From NCBI GenBank assembly GCA_036867785.1, contig CP145412.1, forward strand, positions 124,001-188,000: 64,000 nucleotides of DNA, given 5' to 3'. Below are positions 44,473-57,400 of the stretch, one piece after another. Source of the stretch: Plasmodiophora brassicae (taxonomy: Eukaryota). The first letter of the stretch is position 1. Each line of letters opens with the position of its first letter. Made by a program: the position numbers and the translations under genes. The notes below the pieces were generated by a model, which was given only the letters and a program-made list of their open reading frames with translations, did no database searches and was not told where the DNA came from.

Positions 44473-47400
44473 ATGCTGGGCGATGCGCTGGCGGTCGTGG
44501 CGACCCTGCTCCTGCTCGTTTTCGGCTTCATCTACGTGCTCCTGCCCAGGTCCGCCTTGTGGGTCCGTTGCCAGTCGTCGCTTCTGACGTTCCGCCAGGC
44601 TCCTGACGACGTTCCTCAATGGCGTATCCAGGGATGTTGGTGCATTTCATGTCGCGGTTTCGCTTCGCAGTCAGATACGTATTCGTCTGATCGCCGAACG
44701 CCTGGTCTGCATCGACTTCAACAACGTCATCATTGACGTTACGAAGCGGTCGATAGCGTACGACGATATCCGAGCGAATGACGACGTCGCACATGCCGAC
44801 ACCGACCCGCACGCTCGATCTGCCACAGCTCTGCATGAACTGATCGCCGGCATCGTCTGCGTTCGCCTGCTCAGTGTCGCTGTCGTTGTCCACCATGGGT
44901 CGAGCTCTGCGACTATCGACGTCGCCGCGTTCTCCATCATGGGCGCCCCGCAGACACGGTCGGTATGGCGTGCGTTCCTCCTGGCCAGTGGCGCTAGGGT
45001 CGACCTCCGTCGTGGGATCGAATCCGGTCTGGCTGTCAACGCCGACACGATCGGGTTGGAACTCGATGTTGATCTAGCATCACGATCACGGGAGCCGTCT
45101 CGCGTTGGCGTCCACCTCTCCGGGGTCGGCTGTCGAGCATCGTTCGACCGCGTCGCTCTGATCGAATCAGCGATCAATGAGCTGCGACCAGATCGTCCCT
45201 CAACCGCTTTGTTCGCCAAGCCCTCTGCGTCGAGGGGACCGCAGTTAATGCCAAAGTTTCGAATCCATGCGGGGTCGTTCAGTGTCGACATCGGCGATGT
45301 TGCCGACAGCAATGTCGCTAACCGGCTGCGTCTGTGCTGGGAGAGATTCGACGTTCGCCTGGACGCACAAGAGGTCGTATTGCCTGGGGAGCCCGTTCCT
45401 GTTCGCTGCATTGCGACAGGCGTCTCGATAAGCAACACGTATCTGGAAATCGTCGGGTCGCAGCGGTTCCTGTCGCTTTCGACCGCAACCGCTGAATGGG
45501 GCCATCCGATTGACGGTAGTGTACTGCCAGCATGCGATGACGGTCGTATCTCCCTGTCTGGATTGACACTGTGCATTGCCCCGGATCGGGGACTTCTTGC
45601 TTGGGTCGTTGCCGCGCTTGCCAGGAAGCCTGCGACGGCCGTTGGGGCTCCATCACCCCGACAACCAGATCGTTCCCTATTCATGAGGCCCCTTCGCCTG
45701 AAGCTGACTGCCATCGGCAGTGTTATCGACGTCGTCGACGCATTCAGGTCGTCGATCGGGCGCTGTGTCCTCGATGTCGACAACGTTGTCGTGTTCGACG
45801 GGACCACATCGCGGCAAATTGAGTGCCGAATCACTTCTGTTCGGAGCGCGCTTACAACGCCGCGTTCCGGTAATCTACTGATCGACGTCGCTTGCCGTGG
45901 GGATCCTAACGCGATCATGCTTCTGGACGATTGTCGGGTCGTGGCCAAGTTCGCGTCTAACCCGGCCCTACATCGCACTGCTGTCGTTACCCTTAACCGA
46001 CTCTCGGCCCATGTCCCTGATCAGCTTCTCGATCGCCTTGTGGAGTTGCGCCATGATTTCGCTCCTCTCGTGAATGCGACTCCGTCTGGTCCTCAGACCC
46101 GGCCTGCAACTTGGAAAACGTCTGCATCTGTAACGTTGGCCGACGTCGACCTTGTCGCGTCAACGTTCGATTCGTCAGCGGATCTCCTCCGTTCGGTGAC
46201 GTCAGCGGTCAACTCCTGTCAAGTCAGACTCGACAATGGGATAGCGGACGTTGCAATCGATGATATCGATGTGCATTCGTTTGCAACGCTATCGCACGAC
46301 GTGAACGAGTTCGCCTATTCGAGATCGCGGGCGTGCCCGGATGACCGCATCAGGGCCATCGGTTTCTCTTTTCGGACCGATAACCCCAAAGTTCGCGTTC
46401 GCCACCTTGACCTTTCATGGTCGATTCCGTTCCACACGTCGATAATGGTTCTTCAACGGGAACTCGTGTCCCGTTTGTCGAAGCTAACGCAGACATCTAA
46501 AACGAACGCGGCTTCGTCTGGGCCTCGTCCCCTATCAGTGGTGTTTGAGCAGATTTCGCTGCTGGCGCAGTTCAACAACACTACCGCCATTGCCCTCGAT
46601 GCCGATGAGTTCACCGCCGAACGGTCCGTTGATCGTGATGACGGTTCAGATTCGGTTGAGGTGACCACCAAGCCTGGTGTCGTTGCCGTCAACGGATACG
46701 AGCTATTGACATTCGATTCGTCGCGCTTGTCACGGCTTTCGACGACGTCGTCAGAACTCCCCGACTACGATGCTGAGTTCTCAAACCTCACGATGACGGT
46801 TGCAGATCGTCTCGCGCTCGGGCGTGTCATTGAAGTCATCCGGCGGAAATGGAAGGCGCTCAAGAAGTGGTCCCGTTCCGCTGCGCGTGAAACGCGAGGA
46901 CCAGCAGGCCTGGATTTCCGTTGCATGTGCTTGAAGGCCGACGTCTTCGAGATCGCGTTCGAAGAGAACCAGTTCGAACGGTTGTACTCGATGAGGAGAT
47001 GGATTGCGCTTGAGACGAGTGGCCGTCGTGCTCATCGCAAGCTCGTCGAGCGGTTCCTCGGGCATCGCCACCAAGGAGCGGGTGTTGCTCGAGATTCGTC
47101 CCGTAGCGCGTCCCATCATCGCCTTTCAAGGTCGGCGGTGTCGCGGTCGCGTTCACGGTCTCGCTCGCCAGGACGACCTCCTTTCGACCTTCTGGATTCG
47201 ATAATCCAGGAGAGGATGAACCCGGATCCACTCGACGACCCGTTTGTGGATCGTTTCGACCAGCTGAAATTCCTGTCTGGTGAACCTTCTGTAACGACGC
47301 TAGGATGCATTAAGACAAGTCGGTGTACCATTGCATTGGACAATTGCTGGACGTTTAAACCGATCTGTGCCAGACAATTTCTGCTTCACTTTGTCGCCCG

Positions 47401-50400
47401 ATGACTCGGTCTCCAGTTTGCAAGAGATTGCTGCCAAGTTGGCTTCTCTGGATTCCGCAACAACCCAGCCCTTCTCAGTGAGCTGCCGTCTGCCATTGTC
47501 TTCTTGTTCGTCGACTGAATGGCCTCCATAGGTGTCGGATATCGAGAATTCGTTCGCCGATTTGTGGGCAAGGTGATCTCGTTTTGACTGGGTTTCACTG
47601 GCAAGTTTAACAATGTGCTCGTAGGACTATTCGGTTTTCGACGACGGATCTAGCGGTTCTGCTAAGAGATTACCCGATTCCACTGATGTGTGCCAAGCGG
47701 TTTTCTTTGAAAGGATTGCTGATTGTCGCGTGCCTGTCGAGCCCCCAATTGTTCACCCTGCCGCGATTGGTGTTCGTCCCTCTAAGCGGCAACGGGCGCA
47801 CGTTCGTGCCTGTTGACCTTCCTGGAGGTAGCTCCATTCCGAACAAGGCCTACGTCAACTGGCGTATCGACTGCGTTGGATTTGAACTCAGCTATGGCGT
47901 TTGCCAGCGTGGTGCGATTAGCGCCCTGAGCAAGGCTGTCGCCAAGGTATCATCGCGAATGCCTACACACGGGAACACATTCTTATGCCTCGCCAGCTAA
48001 CGGACACCGGATCTGGACCATCATCTAACGTCGGAGGAGCACTCGCTTGGTGGGACAACTTGCGTTACAAGATCCATGGACGAATTCGCTTCAACGCGAC
48101 AAGATCATCGTTTCGTCTACTGTCGTCTGCGTCTCCGTACGATGTCGAGTATGTCGAATTGCACGCCGACCAAGTCTCAATTGTCAGCGTGAAACGCCGA
48201 TTCTCATGCGATTTCAAGGACCTACAAGTTGATCTGGTCGATGGGGGCGGCACCTCCTCAACCGCCGACGAGCCAGATGGTTTGATCCGTCCAGGGCTGC
48301 TGCTTGCAGCGCCCCGGCTTCACGCCATCGTCATTCTTCGGTGGCAATGCCGTTCTGCAGATTCCTCTCAGCATTACGTCCACCACTCGCACTGGGATAC
48401 GCCGGGATACGAGTTTTCCTCCTTGACGGATCGTGATTTGTTCGATGGATTCCGTGCAACCGCCGTCTCTTTCAAAGTGCATATCGATGCGACCCCGGAA
48501 CGCCCTGCTGACGGGTCTGCTGCCAGCGATTGGATAATCGGGCCTTTCATTGCGTTCTGGTTCAACAACCTACCATGGTTCCGTGCTATCAACACGCTCT
48601 TTTCCTACCCTCCCATTGTTGTGAAAGTGCAACCAAAGACTATCTTGCCGAATGGTCGCGTACGGTCTGCTGTCGCATCGGAAGCAGCGTTTTCCAGTTT
48701 GTTCAAGAAGTTGAACCTTCAGGTTCGTGATAACTCGTCTGATGTCGACCTGTCTAATCGCCGCTATGCAGATCACTCTCGAGTCCACGATCATGGAGCT
48801 GATCGCCTTGCCACGTTCGTACCAGTCGTCGTCAGACAACGACATATTAGGGGCGCAGGGTTTCGTCCAGGTCTGCTTCCCACCGCGGGTTGGCCCTGGC
48901 GGTATGAGTTTTGACATGGCAGCTATAGACCTTCCAGCTCCTGGCAGAGCTGAACGTGGAGCCCAAATCGCCACGTGGGTCAGATGGAGATGCCACGCAG
49001 TCAACAGGGACGAGGTCAGTTGCTCTATCTGAAACCGTTTGGACTTGCTCTGAGTCACGACAGACTGTGGAAGTGGTCTCGGCAAGCCGTTTCTGTCGCA
49101 TATCCGGCAATCGAGTTGCTGGTGCCAGTTGTCGTTTCATCTGGCGACCCCGAGTCCGCCGTCGAGGAACGACTTGCACACCCGATGTCCCAAACGCCTT
49201 TCGCTACCGGTACGGTATTAAGTATTACCTTACGTATGACATTCCGGTTGAACGTATACCGTTACAGGCGAGGGGGAAACCGGCCCAGCTTTCTTCGTCT
49301 CAGCGGACTCATTGGAGTATACATCCCCGTCGGCCCGAGGACGTAGTCCACCTCCTTCCGTTACTGCTCTTCAGCCCGGGCATTCGTCTCTGGTGTCGCC
49401 TGCGTGGTCTGAACCTCCCCCTAGCATGACTACGTCACCCAAGGTCCCTGTAAACGAGGCCGAGCCGCCAGCGACTGCTCCAACAGTTGCCGCCGATGAT
49501 CGACACAGCGTCCGACAGTTCCTCCTGGAGCATTTCGGCGATGCAGAAATGTCTTGTCTTGTATCAGATGAAAGTGTGATCCATTTGGAAAACGGTAATA
49601 CGACGCCTGCGCTGCTAGAGACTGCTTTGACACTGACAGTTGGATGACACTTCAGTTGTTGAGGACAGTGAATTTGACACCGAGTTCACGTTCGGGGACT
49701 TCCAAGAGCCGCCCATTCAGCATGACCCTGGCAATCACGAACACTACGTGCTTCTTTCCGGAGCCCGAATCCTATGGAACAACACGATTCGGTCCTCGTT
49801 CAACTCGTGGTGGACGTACATGTCGTCGTTCGGCCATACGAGGCATGACGATGACATCGTTGCGGAATCAATGCCTCCCGACGCTGAAGACGATGACGAT
49901 GCCGAGAAATCGTCAAAGAGCGGCATCCGGCACTATGCAACGTGGTCTGGGTCCAATCCAACGGAGAGACTCACTGATGGCTCCGATATGGTGATTTTGT
50001 CGCTTGTACACCCGATGTCTATTTATTGTACCCTGCTTAGACCGTCGCGACCCTTCCTCCTAAGCGGTTATCTAGTCCACAGCGCGTGACATCGTTTGAA
50101 ATGTTTAGGCAACTGGATCTTCGTGGCAACAAGGTCTCGTAGGCCACATAGCAATTAGGCATCGTTTCTGATGAAGGCCTTGTTGCAGAGCCCCGGAGAG
50201 ACGGCGTCTGTCAACCCCCCAGCTGCTGACGTTGTTCCCGACACTGCGCCTGAAGTCGTGCACACTCGGTTTGTCATGCGCCTGGAGAAGCCACAGATCA
50301 TATTGCAGAGCCTGGAAGTCGGATGCTCTGTCGTCGTATCTGCCCATGAGGCGAAGGTCGACGTCATCGCATATCCGTTCACGTTCCCGCAGGTTCAAGA

Positions 50401-52771
50401 CGCCCCTTCCCCACTTTCTCCTGTCGACGAGCAACAGTCTCCGCCTACAGACGCGAGATTTGTTCTCAACCGGAAGCTGTCCTCGTACTTTGCAAGGAAG
50501 AAGGTCGCGTCGAGGAATACGTCTCCTGCCGTCCTGACTCCTCGTCATGGGACTCCTGCTGCCCTTCACGTGGACATTGCCCCGACGCCAGACTTCCTGT
50601 ACTTCAAGAAGACTATTCGCTCTCGACTGGACCACGCCCAACTTCATGTTCTTGCAAGCGACGTTGACGTCGACGCAAACGCGTTGGAATGGATACCGCT
50701 TGGTAGTTAGCTCGTCGTTGCGCGCATTCGTGGCTGACAGCCTGTACTGCTCCAGACCAGTTCCCAAAGATCACTTCCGGCGACAGGCAGAATCATAACG
50801 ATTCCGATGACGAGGAGACACTAACTGCCGACGAGTACAGGTTTGTGCCCGCCTCCGTCACCAGACTTCCTCATGGTATAATGCGCGTATCACGTAGGGA
50901 GCAGTACTTCAAGTCCAACGGGATCTTCCAGCAGATCACCAGGCCGACATCGCTTGTGTTCGACTATTCGTACGATGTTAACATGGACACAAAGGACCCA
51001 ATCGCGCTGACGTACCAGTTCCTGCATCGCGCGACGGCTGGTGAAGTGCCGCATAATACGAACGAGGAGCTCGTCGACGACGAGGATTCCGCAACGGCCT
51101 CCAAGTTCAACTTCGGCGCTGATTCCACGTTCAGCGCGGCGAAACTCCCCATGCTCTCGAGCGCCTCGCATTTCTACATCCACAACGTCCACCTTGTTAT
51201 GGATTCGGTCCAGTACAAAGTGCTCATTGGCGTCATCGACAAGCTCGTCCTTTCGCCTGTCCAGCGGGTCTGGGCGGAAGCTCGGCGCGTCGAGGCTCGT
51301 CGGAAAACGCAGATCGCCGGAATGCCCTCCAACGCAATCCACGAACTCCAGATCGCGAAGGTGATCTCTGAAGCATTATTGGCAGGCCTGTACCAAGTAC
51401 TGTATTCGTTGCGCCTCTGCTTCCCTGCGCTGGTTAAACGTTTCGCGCAGGACATGTCCGCTGGGTTTCGCCGCTGCATCTCATACGAAGTTCGTCGTGC
51501 AACCTGGACAATGATAACCAAGAGCCCGGATGTGTTCCTGCACGTGCAATTGTCGTCGCTGAAGGGCCTTCATCGGTAACGCATGGCGGTGGGTTGTCCA
51601 CGAGCGCGCCCGACTGACGGGTGTCCTTCAAGGTACGGATTCGGGGAAGGGCGAGACCTGGAGGTCGGCGTCAAGGAGTTTCGCGTCCGTAATCTGGCCC
51701 CGAACGCGCCCTGGCCGGACGTGCTCGTCCCGCATTCGCGATGGGAAATGGCGAAAGACAGTCTGGAGCTCATGGTTCGTGTGCGTGCCCAGGTGATCGG
51801 TATGTGCAGAGTTACCCGCGCGCCAGGCCCAGCATTCATGCATGATCGTGTAGGGTTCCCTGCGAACGTCTCCAAGAAACTCGTCGACGTGACGACCTGG
51901 GACCACTTCGAGGTCAAGGTAGGCCGCCGTCCGAGTTGACCGGTCTGGCCCGTTGCACTCACGCCGCGGTCAGGTGTTCCCCCTGATCATCAAGGTGCAC
52001 GCCCAGCACTACGCCTGGATGCGGGATTACTTCTTCCCCAGCGCCGACCCGGCTGTCAAGCGTGCCGGCGCCGACCCGAAGTCGCTGCTCGCCAAGGACT
52101 TCAACGTCGACGACAGTGTCTCCAGCACCCCGGGCCCTTCGGTCGCTTCCAGCTATAGCAGCGCCCAACAGAAGGCCGTCATGCGCCCGAGGCGCCCTGC
52201 CATGATCCTGCACAGCGCACGAAACGGCGGCCCACGAGGCAAAGACCTATCCAGGCACTCGACGGAAGCATCGGTCTTCGATTTCAGGCAGCCTCCGTCG
52301 AACGATCCCGCGTCGTCGGCAGCGCTGGGACAGGACCCGTCTCCGGCCCAGCCTGTGACGCAGAACTATTTCAAGTACCTGCACATTGGCGAGCTCGAGT
52401 TCTTCATCTCGTTCCGGGGCAGTTTCTTCGACCTGGGTCGGTGCGATACGCGTGGCTTGGTTGGATGTCGCTGACGGTTGCCGTTTGCAGACGACCTGAA
52501 CGTCGTGATCGACGCGTTCTCGTGCAACCACGAGCTGTGGACGTGGGACAAGCTCGTCGGCAAGATCGAATCGCACGTGCAGAGCAGCGTGCTGAAGCAG
52601 TCGCGGTCGCTGATCAAGCAGAAGTTCTCGTCGTCCGTCAAGAGCCTCGCCGAGAAGGAGCACAAGATGCGCGATCGGTTCACGGCCAAGTTCGGCCTGA
52701 ACAGGCCGAAGCCGAGCGATGCCAGCGGGAACGATCCGCAGCAGCAGCCGCCGCGGTCCAGCAACGAGTAG
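44473..52771 (+). CDS. Bridge-like lipid transfer protein BLTP2 / KIAA0100 / Hobbit / FMP27 / SABRE family, multi-exon
   Basis: N-terminal TM anchor; LLRDYP; LAWWDNLRYKIHG (GFWDK-type motif); C-terminal Apt1-like DHFEV..PL.I..YFFP, YFKYLHIGELEFFISFRG, WTWDKL. Confidence 0.8.
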
Positions 52772-53436
52772 CGCTCCGGCCGTTCCGTCTATCTACCATT
52801 GTATTCTGCAGCCAGCTCTAACCTATTACGGTGCCCGGTCTATGGACTATAGTTTATCAGTAAACGGGGCGCTCGGTCGGGCAACCGATCTTCCCAGACG
52901 CAACGCTCGGATTCTGGTGATACCTGCAGCAAACCCCTGGCAGCATGGCACAGATTCGCGTCGTCCACTTCTGAGCCACGACTTGATGTGTCGAGCTTGA
53001 ATCGGAAATGCCAGCGCCTGGACCACCTACCAGGATCTTGGGATGGGATGGACACCAACGCCGCCGTGCCAGATTCTGCCCTGTACATGGCTAAGAACGT
53101 TGCCCTTCGGCGTGGCTGGTGGTCGGCAGCGGACTGATCTGGTTTTCAGGCCAGCCGTTCAGAGCATTGTCGGTCAGGGCGTCTCCGTCGACGTCCAGGT
53201 ACTGGTGATTCTCGGATCAGTTGGACGCCGTACAGTACAACCTTATGCCTTGTGGGCGTAGTCGACGCCCTCGCGGCAGCTGAGCTTCACGGTTCATCGA
53301 CGATCGCCGCGTAGCGGTTGTACGCTTCGCGCAGCGTCTGGATCGACGTCGAATCCAGCTACCGGTAGGTTGGTCGCCTGCGGTAGGATGCACCCATCGA
53401 TGGTCGTAGCGCTCGTAACGTTCTTCGTGCGATGTA

Positions 53437-53645
53437 TTACTGGTTTGTCGAAATAAAGTTCTCAATGTCCGTCATCCCTTGGTACGGGTTCTGGCCTGCG
53501 GCATGGGTGCTCAGGGATACCCGAACGAGGTGGCCAGGCTCTCAAAGGCGCAGGACACGGTCTTGGAGGCGCTGTTTGGCTGTGTCGTTCCTGCATTTGA
53601 GCACGACGGCGACCATCGCAGCAATCCCGCCGAGCAGGACCGCGG
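53437..53645 (-). pseudogene. Left-arm paralogue of a small TM-protein C-terminus, premature stop at 53542-53544
   Basis: VLLGGIAAMVAVVLKCRNDTAKQRLQDRVLRL*EPGHLVRVSLSTHAAGQNPYQGMTDIENFISTNQ*. Confidence 0.6.
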
Positions 53646-53654
53646 CAGCCGGAG

Positions 53655-53914
53655 GTGCACAATCCCGTGCAGCGACGACGAACATCGTTCTCATTGTTGT
53701 ATCCGTTGCAGTCCTGCTGGGCGGGATGGCGGCAATGGTCGCGGTCATCCTCAAGTGCAAGAACGACAAAGCGAAACAACGCCTCCAAGAACATGACCTG
53801 CGCCTTCACGAGCGTGACCACCTCGTCCGGGTATACCTGAGCGCCCATGCCGCTGGCCAGAATCCGTACGACGTGATGAGGGACCTTGAGAACTTTATTT
53901 CCAGTCATGAGTAA
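53655..53914 (+). CDS. C-terminal part of a single-pass membrane protein in the right arm (start unresolved; may be a pseudogene)
   Basis: NIVLIVVSVAVLLGGMAAMVAVILKCKNDKAKQRLQEHDLRLHERDHLVRVYLSAHAAGQNPYDVMRDLENFISSHE*. Many differences from the left arm are at third codon positions. Confidence 0.45.
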
Positions 53915-54472
53915 TACATCGGAGAACGTTACAGGCGCTACGACCATCGACGGGTGCATCCTACCACAGGCGACCAACCTAGCTGGAGTCGACGTCGATC
54001 CAGACGCTGCGTGAAGGCGTACAACCGCCACACGACAATCGTCGATGACCCGTGAAGCTCGGCTGCCGCGAGGGCGTCGACTACGCCCACAAGGCGTAGG
54101 GTTGTACTGGACGGCGTCCATCTGATCCGAGATCACCGAGAATCGCCAGTACCTGGACGGCGACAGAAATGACGGTGGGCGCCGCGACGGCGCAGGTCCC
54201 CGTCGGGCAGGCGCCCAAGAGGCCAGGACCCTAAATAGGGGCCCGATTGAGCAACAGGGCTCCCGTTAGGTGACAGGGCTATGGGAGGGCGTCGTGACGG
54301 CGCTGGTCGCCAGTTGACAGGCGTCCATGACAACACACAAAGGGTGGCCCGATTGCACCACAGGGGTCTCCAAACCAGAGTCGTTGATCGTGTGGACCTG
54401 TATTCGACAACCCCGGAGCCCTTCGAGGGTAGGTTCTTGAGCATCATCACATACCCGTCGCCGCAGGTGCTG

Positions 54473-57400
54473 CTAGACGAACGGGCGCCATCCCTGCCAT
54501 GAGCGGCCGAGCAAGGCGGGATCGGACGCGTGTTCCAGGAGGCACGCCACCTGGTCGTCGACACTCAACGGGTCGGCACCGTAGTCGGGGCGCCCTCCTG
54601 CCCCAGTAATCAGGTCCTTCATTCGACCAGCGTACCTCGACGTCGCATGCTTCGTCCTGGCGAACTCCCCCAGCATCACCTGGACGGACGACCGCCCCTC
54701 CAGCTTCGACCGGGCCGTCGCGATACGACTACTGGCGGCTAGACTTGCCGATCCGGACGACGCGACCGCTTGGGGGGATGTCGCGCCCCCATCCTGTTCG
54801 AATCGGAGGTCCTCGGCCTGCCAGTCGACATGCGGCTCGCGAACGAACACGGACATCACGCTGACCAGATGCGAACGGTGTGCCCGGAACGCCTACCAGC
54901 CACACCTGAACCTGTGGATGACATTCCGCGATGCGTTCTGGCCTTACCCGAAGTGCATGCGCCATCGTCTGGTGCATCAAGGCGTACGACAGGTGCAGCG
55001 GGTACATTGCCGACTGGAACATGGGCGTGAACCGTATCGGCACCAGTTCGGGAACGGCCAGGTCGAGGCCGGCACCAAACGCAACGCCGAAATCGATCTG
55101 CACGATGCGGCCGGTCCTCTCGCCAACAAGGAAGTTATCCTGAGGGGCCGCGCACGTCAGGCATACCGATCGACACGTTGACAGGAGGTGGTCGACCTAC
55201 CAGGTGTCGGTCCCCGATTCCAACGATGTAGCTGGCGATGCTGCCGACGGCAAACGATGTCACCAGTGCCGTGCGAATCGTCAGGAACGCTTCCGGGGAG
55301 TTGCACAGCGAGGTCGCAATACGCGAGAGCAGATCCCGAGGTATCCCCGAATGCGTGTTGTGAAACGCGGCGACAACGTCGTCGTCGGGGAGGCCGGACT
55401 CGAACAGGTCCATGTACGTCTGTAGCAGCGGCGTCGGTTTCTTGGACTTTCGCCGCGTGCGCTCCGACAATGCGGTCAGCGCCTTCGAGTAGGCATCCGA
55501 GCAATCGTGCAGAACCTTCTGACCAACCCGGTTCTCCACGACGGATCCCAGAGGCATCTAGTTGGGCCGTCAGCACCTATTCATTGACCTGACCGTTCAA
55601 CTGACCGTGTCGGGTATCCATTCGATGAGGCCCAGGGATCTGGTCATGGGGATCACCGAGTACGTCCCAATCGCGAGATTGCGTCGAGCGCACGCAGGGT
55701 CGCTGTCTAGACTGGCATTCATCTCTCGGAAGAGAAGCTGGATACGTTCGTCCAGACGAAGGTCCTCGCCGCATTTGACAAGCCACGCGTACGCACGCTC
55801 GTCGCTGCCGAAGATGACGGCACGAACGGGACGACGAATGGAATGCATCACGTGCACAGAAGAGTCAAAGCTCACAACCCGCACGTGCTCATCAGCATTG
55901 GGCCGGCTTCGCCCGTCATACTGGCCCGGCATCTCAACGTAACTGTCGAGCACGTGTCAGAATAACGCTTCTCCAGAACGCATCGGTGAACATACTCGTT
56001 GGTAGCGGAAAAACTCTCACTGAAACTGGCCAAGAATGGACTGAAGCTTCGCAGGGGCAGGTAACCATCAGGCAGGTCCCCCACCTTCATCGATGATAGG
56101 ATCGTCGCACACTTCAGGTCAAAGTCTTTCGACGTCATGTCTTGCAGCGACTGCCCGTCTTCACCGAAAGCGGTGACGAGTGCCTTCTCGTACTTCTCCA
56201 GGAACGTTCTGGCAATGTCTGGCACACCGACGCCTCTGGAACGAAGCCATTTTGACGAGAACAGGCGGTACAGCCTGAGCGCCGAGTCATAAGATCCATG
56301 GCGCACCAGCAGACAAGCAGCCTGCACGAAATCCTTGAACTGCAACTCTGGGAATGTTACGCGCGAGAGCTCATCGACGACTCGACGAGTCATTGGCAGA
56401 TCGATCAGGCCTCCAAGGCGCTGCAAAGCAAGGCTATCGGCGTGACGTTCATCTTGGGACGCGACTTCGAGTGGATAAATTAAGGCGTGGGGATAATCCT
56501 TCGCGATTCGCTCGAGGATGTCCATAACGGCATCCGAATCGTCAACGGCAACCTGTGATATTAGCTGCGCCCGCCAGTACAAGAACATCCACGACGGAAC
56601 GGCAGCGCATTGACGTCGAAAGTTGTCAATAGCCCCAGACTTTGACGATATCTCAAACGCTGCCGGGAACGCGCCAAAGGCTTTAACGGAACCAAGTTTC
56701 ATCGCCTCGAGGATCATTGATGCAACAGCATCCGACGACGACTCGTCGTCCAGGAAGCAATTCGCGAGCGTCACGAGGCAATCGGCAATCTTGATAGCAT
56801 TGGCACCCCCGTTTCGCGGTCGTCGAACGAGCTCCAATGCGCTGTGCATGAACTGCCGCGCCGTAGCAACATCGTCCAGCGACAGGAGGCCCGAAGCAAC
56901 AATGCGCAGTGCCTCCAGCTGATCAAGTAGGTTCGAAAAGGACCGTCGGCCAAGTTGCATCAGGGCAAACCGGGTCGGATCCGATTGTGAAGGCGACGTC
57001 AAGGCACGGGTCACCTCCAAGAATTCAATTCGACTAAAGGGTACGAAACGTTAGGAAAGAGCCGCATTCGTTTCAGACAGCGTTTTGTACAGACCTGTCA
57101 TCAGGACGCACTTGACGGCTGATATCGAGGAAGTGCATTGATAACTCAGCATTGCCAGCAGCAATGCAGAGCTGGGCCGCATCCGCGCCAAGATTGAACA
57201 CAAACTCCTGACCTGATGCATCGTTTGTCAGGAACTGCATGCGATTGTGGACGATTTCGTCCAGCAGCATAGACTCAGAAGGATCGATTGACGCTGGGAA
57301 CCGTTGGCCTACAAAGCAACACTGAGGATACCATTATATCCAAGTCAAAAGCCTGACCCCATAGGCGACGAAGTTTGTCGGCATCGAAATGGCCATTGGA

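Larger units (their letters stand above)
53187..54164. repeat. Long imperfect inverted repeat (arms ~53187-53643 and ~53708-54164, ~65-bp spacer)
   Basis: For example GCCTTGTGGGCGTAGTCGACGCCCTCGCGGCAGC on the left is the exact reverse complement of GCTGCCGCGAGGGCGTCGACTACGCCCACAAGGC on the right. Complementarity is continuous along ~455 bp with scattered mismatches and small indels. Confidence 0.95.

Noticed and set aside
53187-54164. Inverted repeat as a MULE/foldback transposon
   Set aside because: No target-site duplication at the visible ends and the arms carry paralogous coding sequence. Not fully excluded without a genome-wide search.
54239-54371. Short imperfect direct repeat GGCCCGATTG..CAGGG (two copies ~105 bp apart)
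   Set aside because: Too short and degenerate to assign a function.
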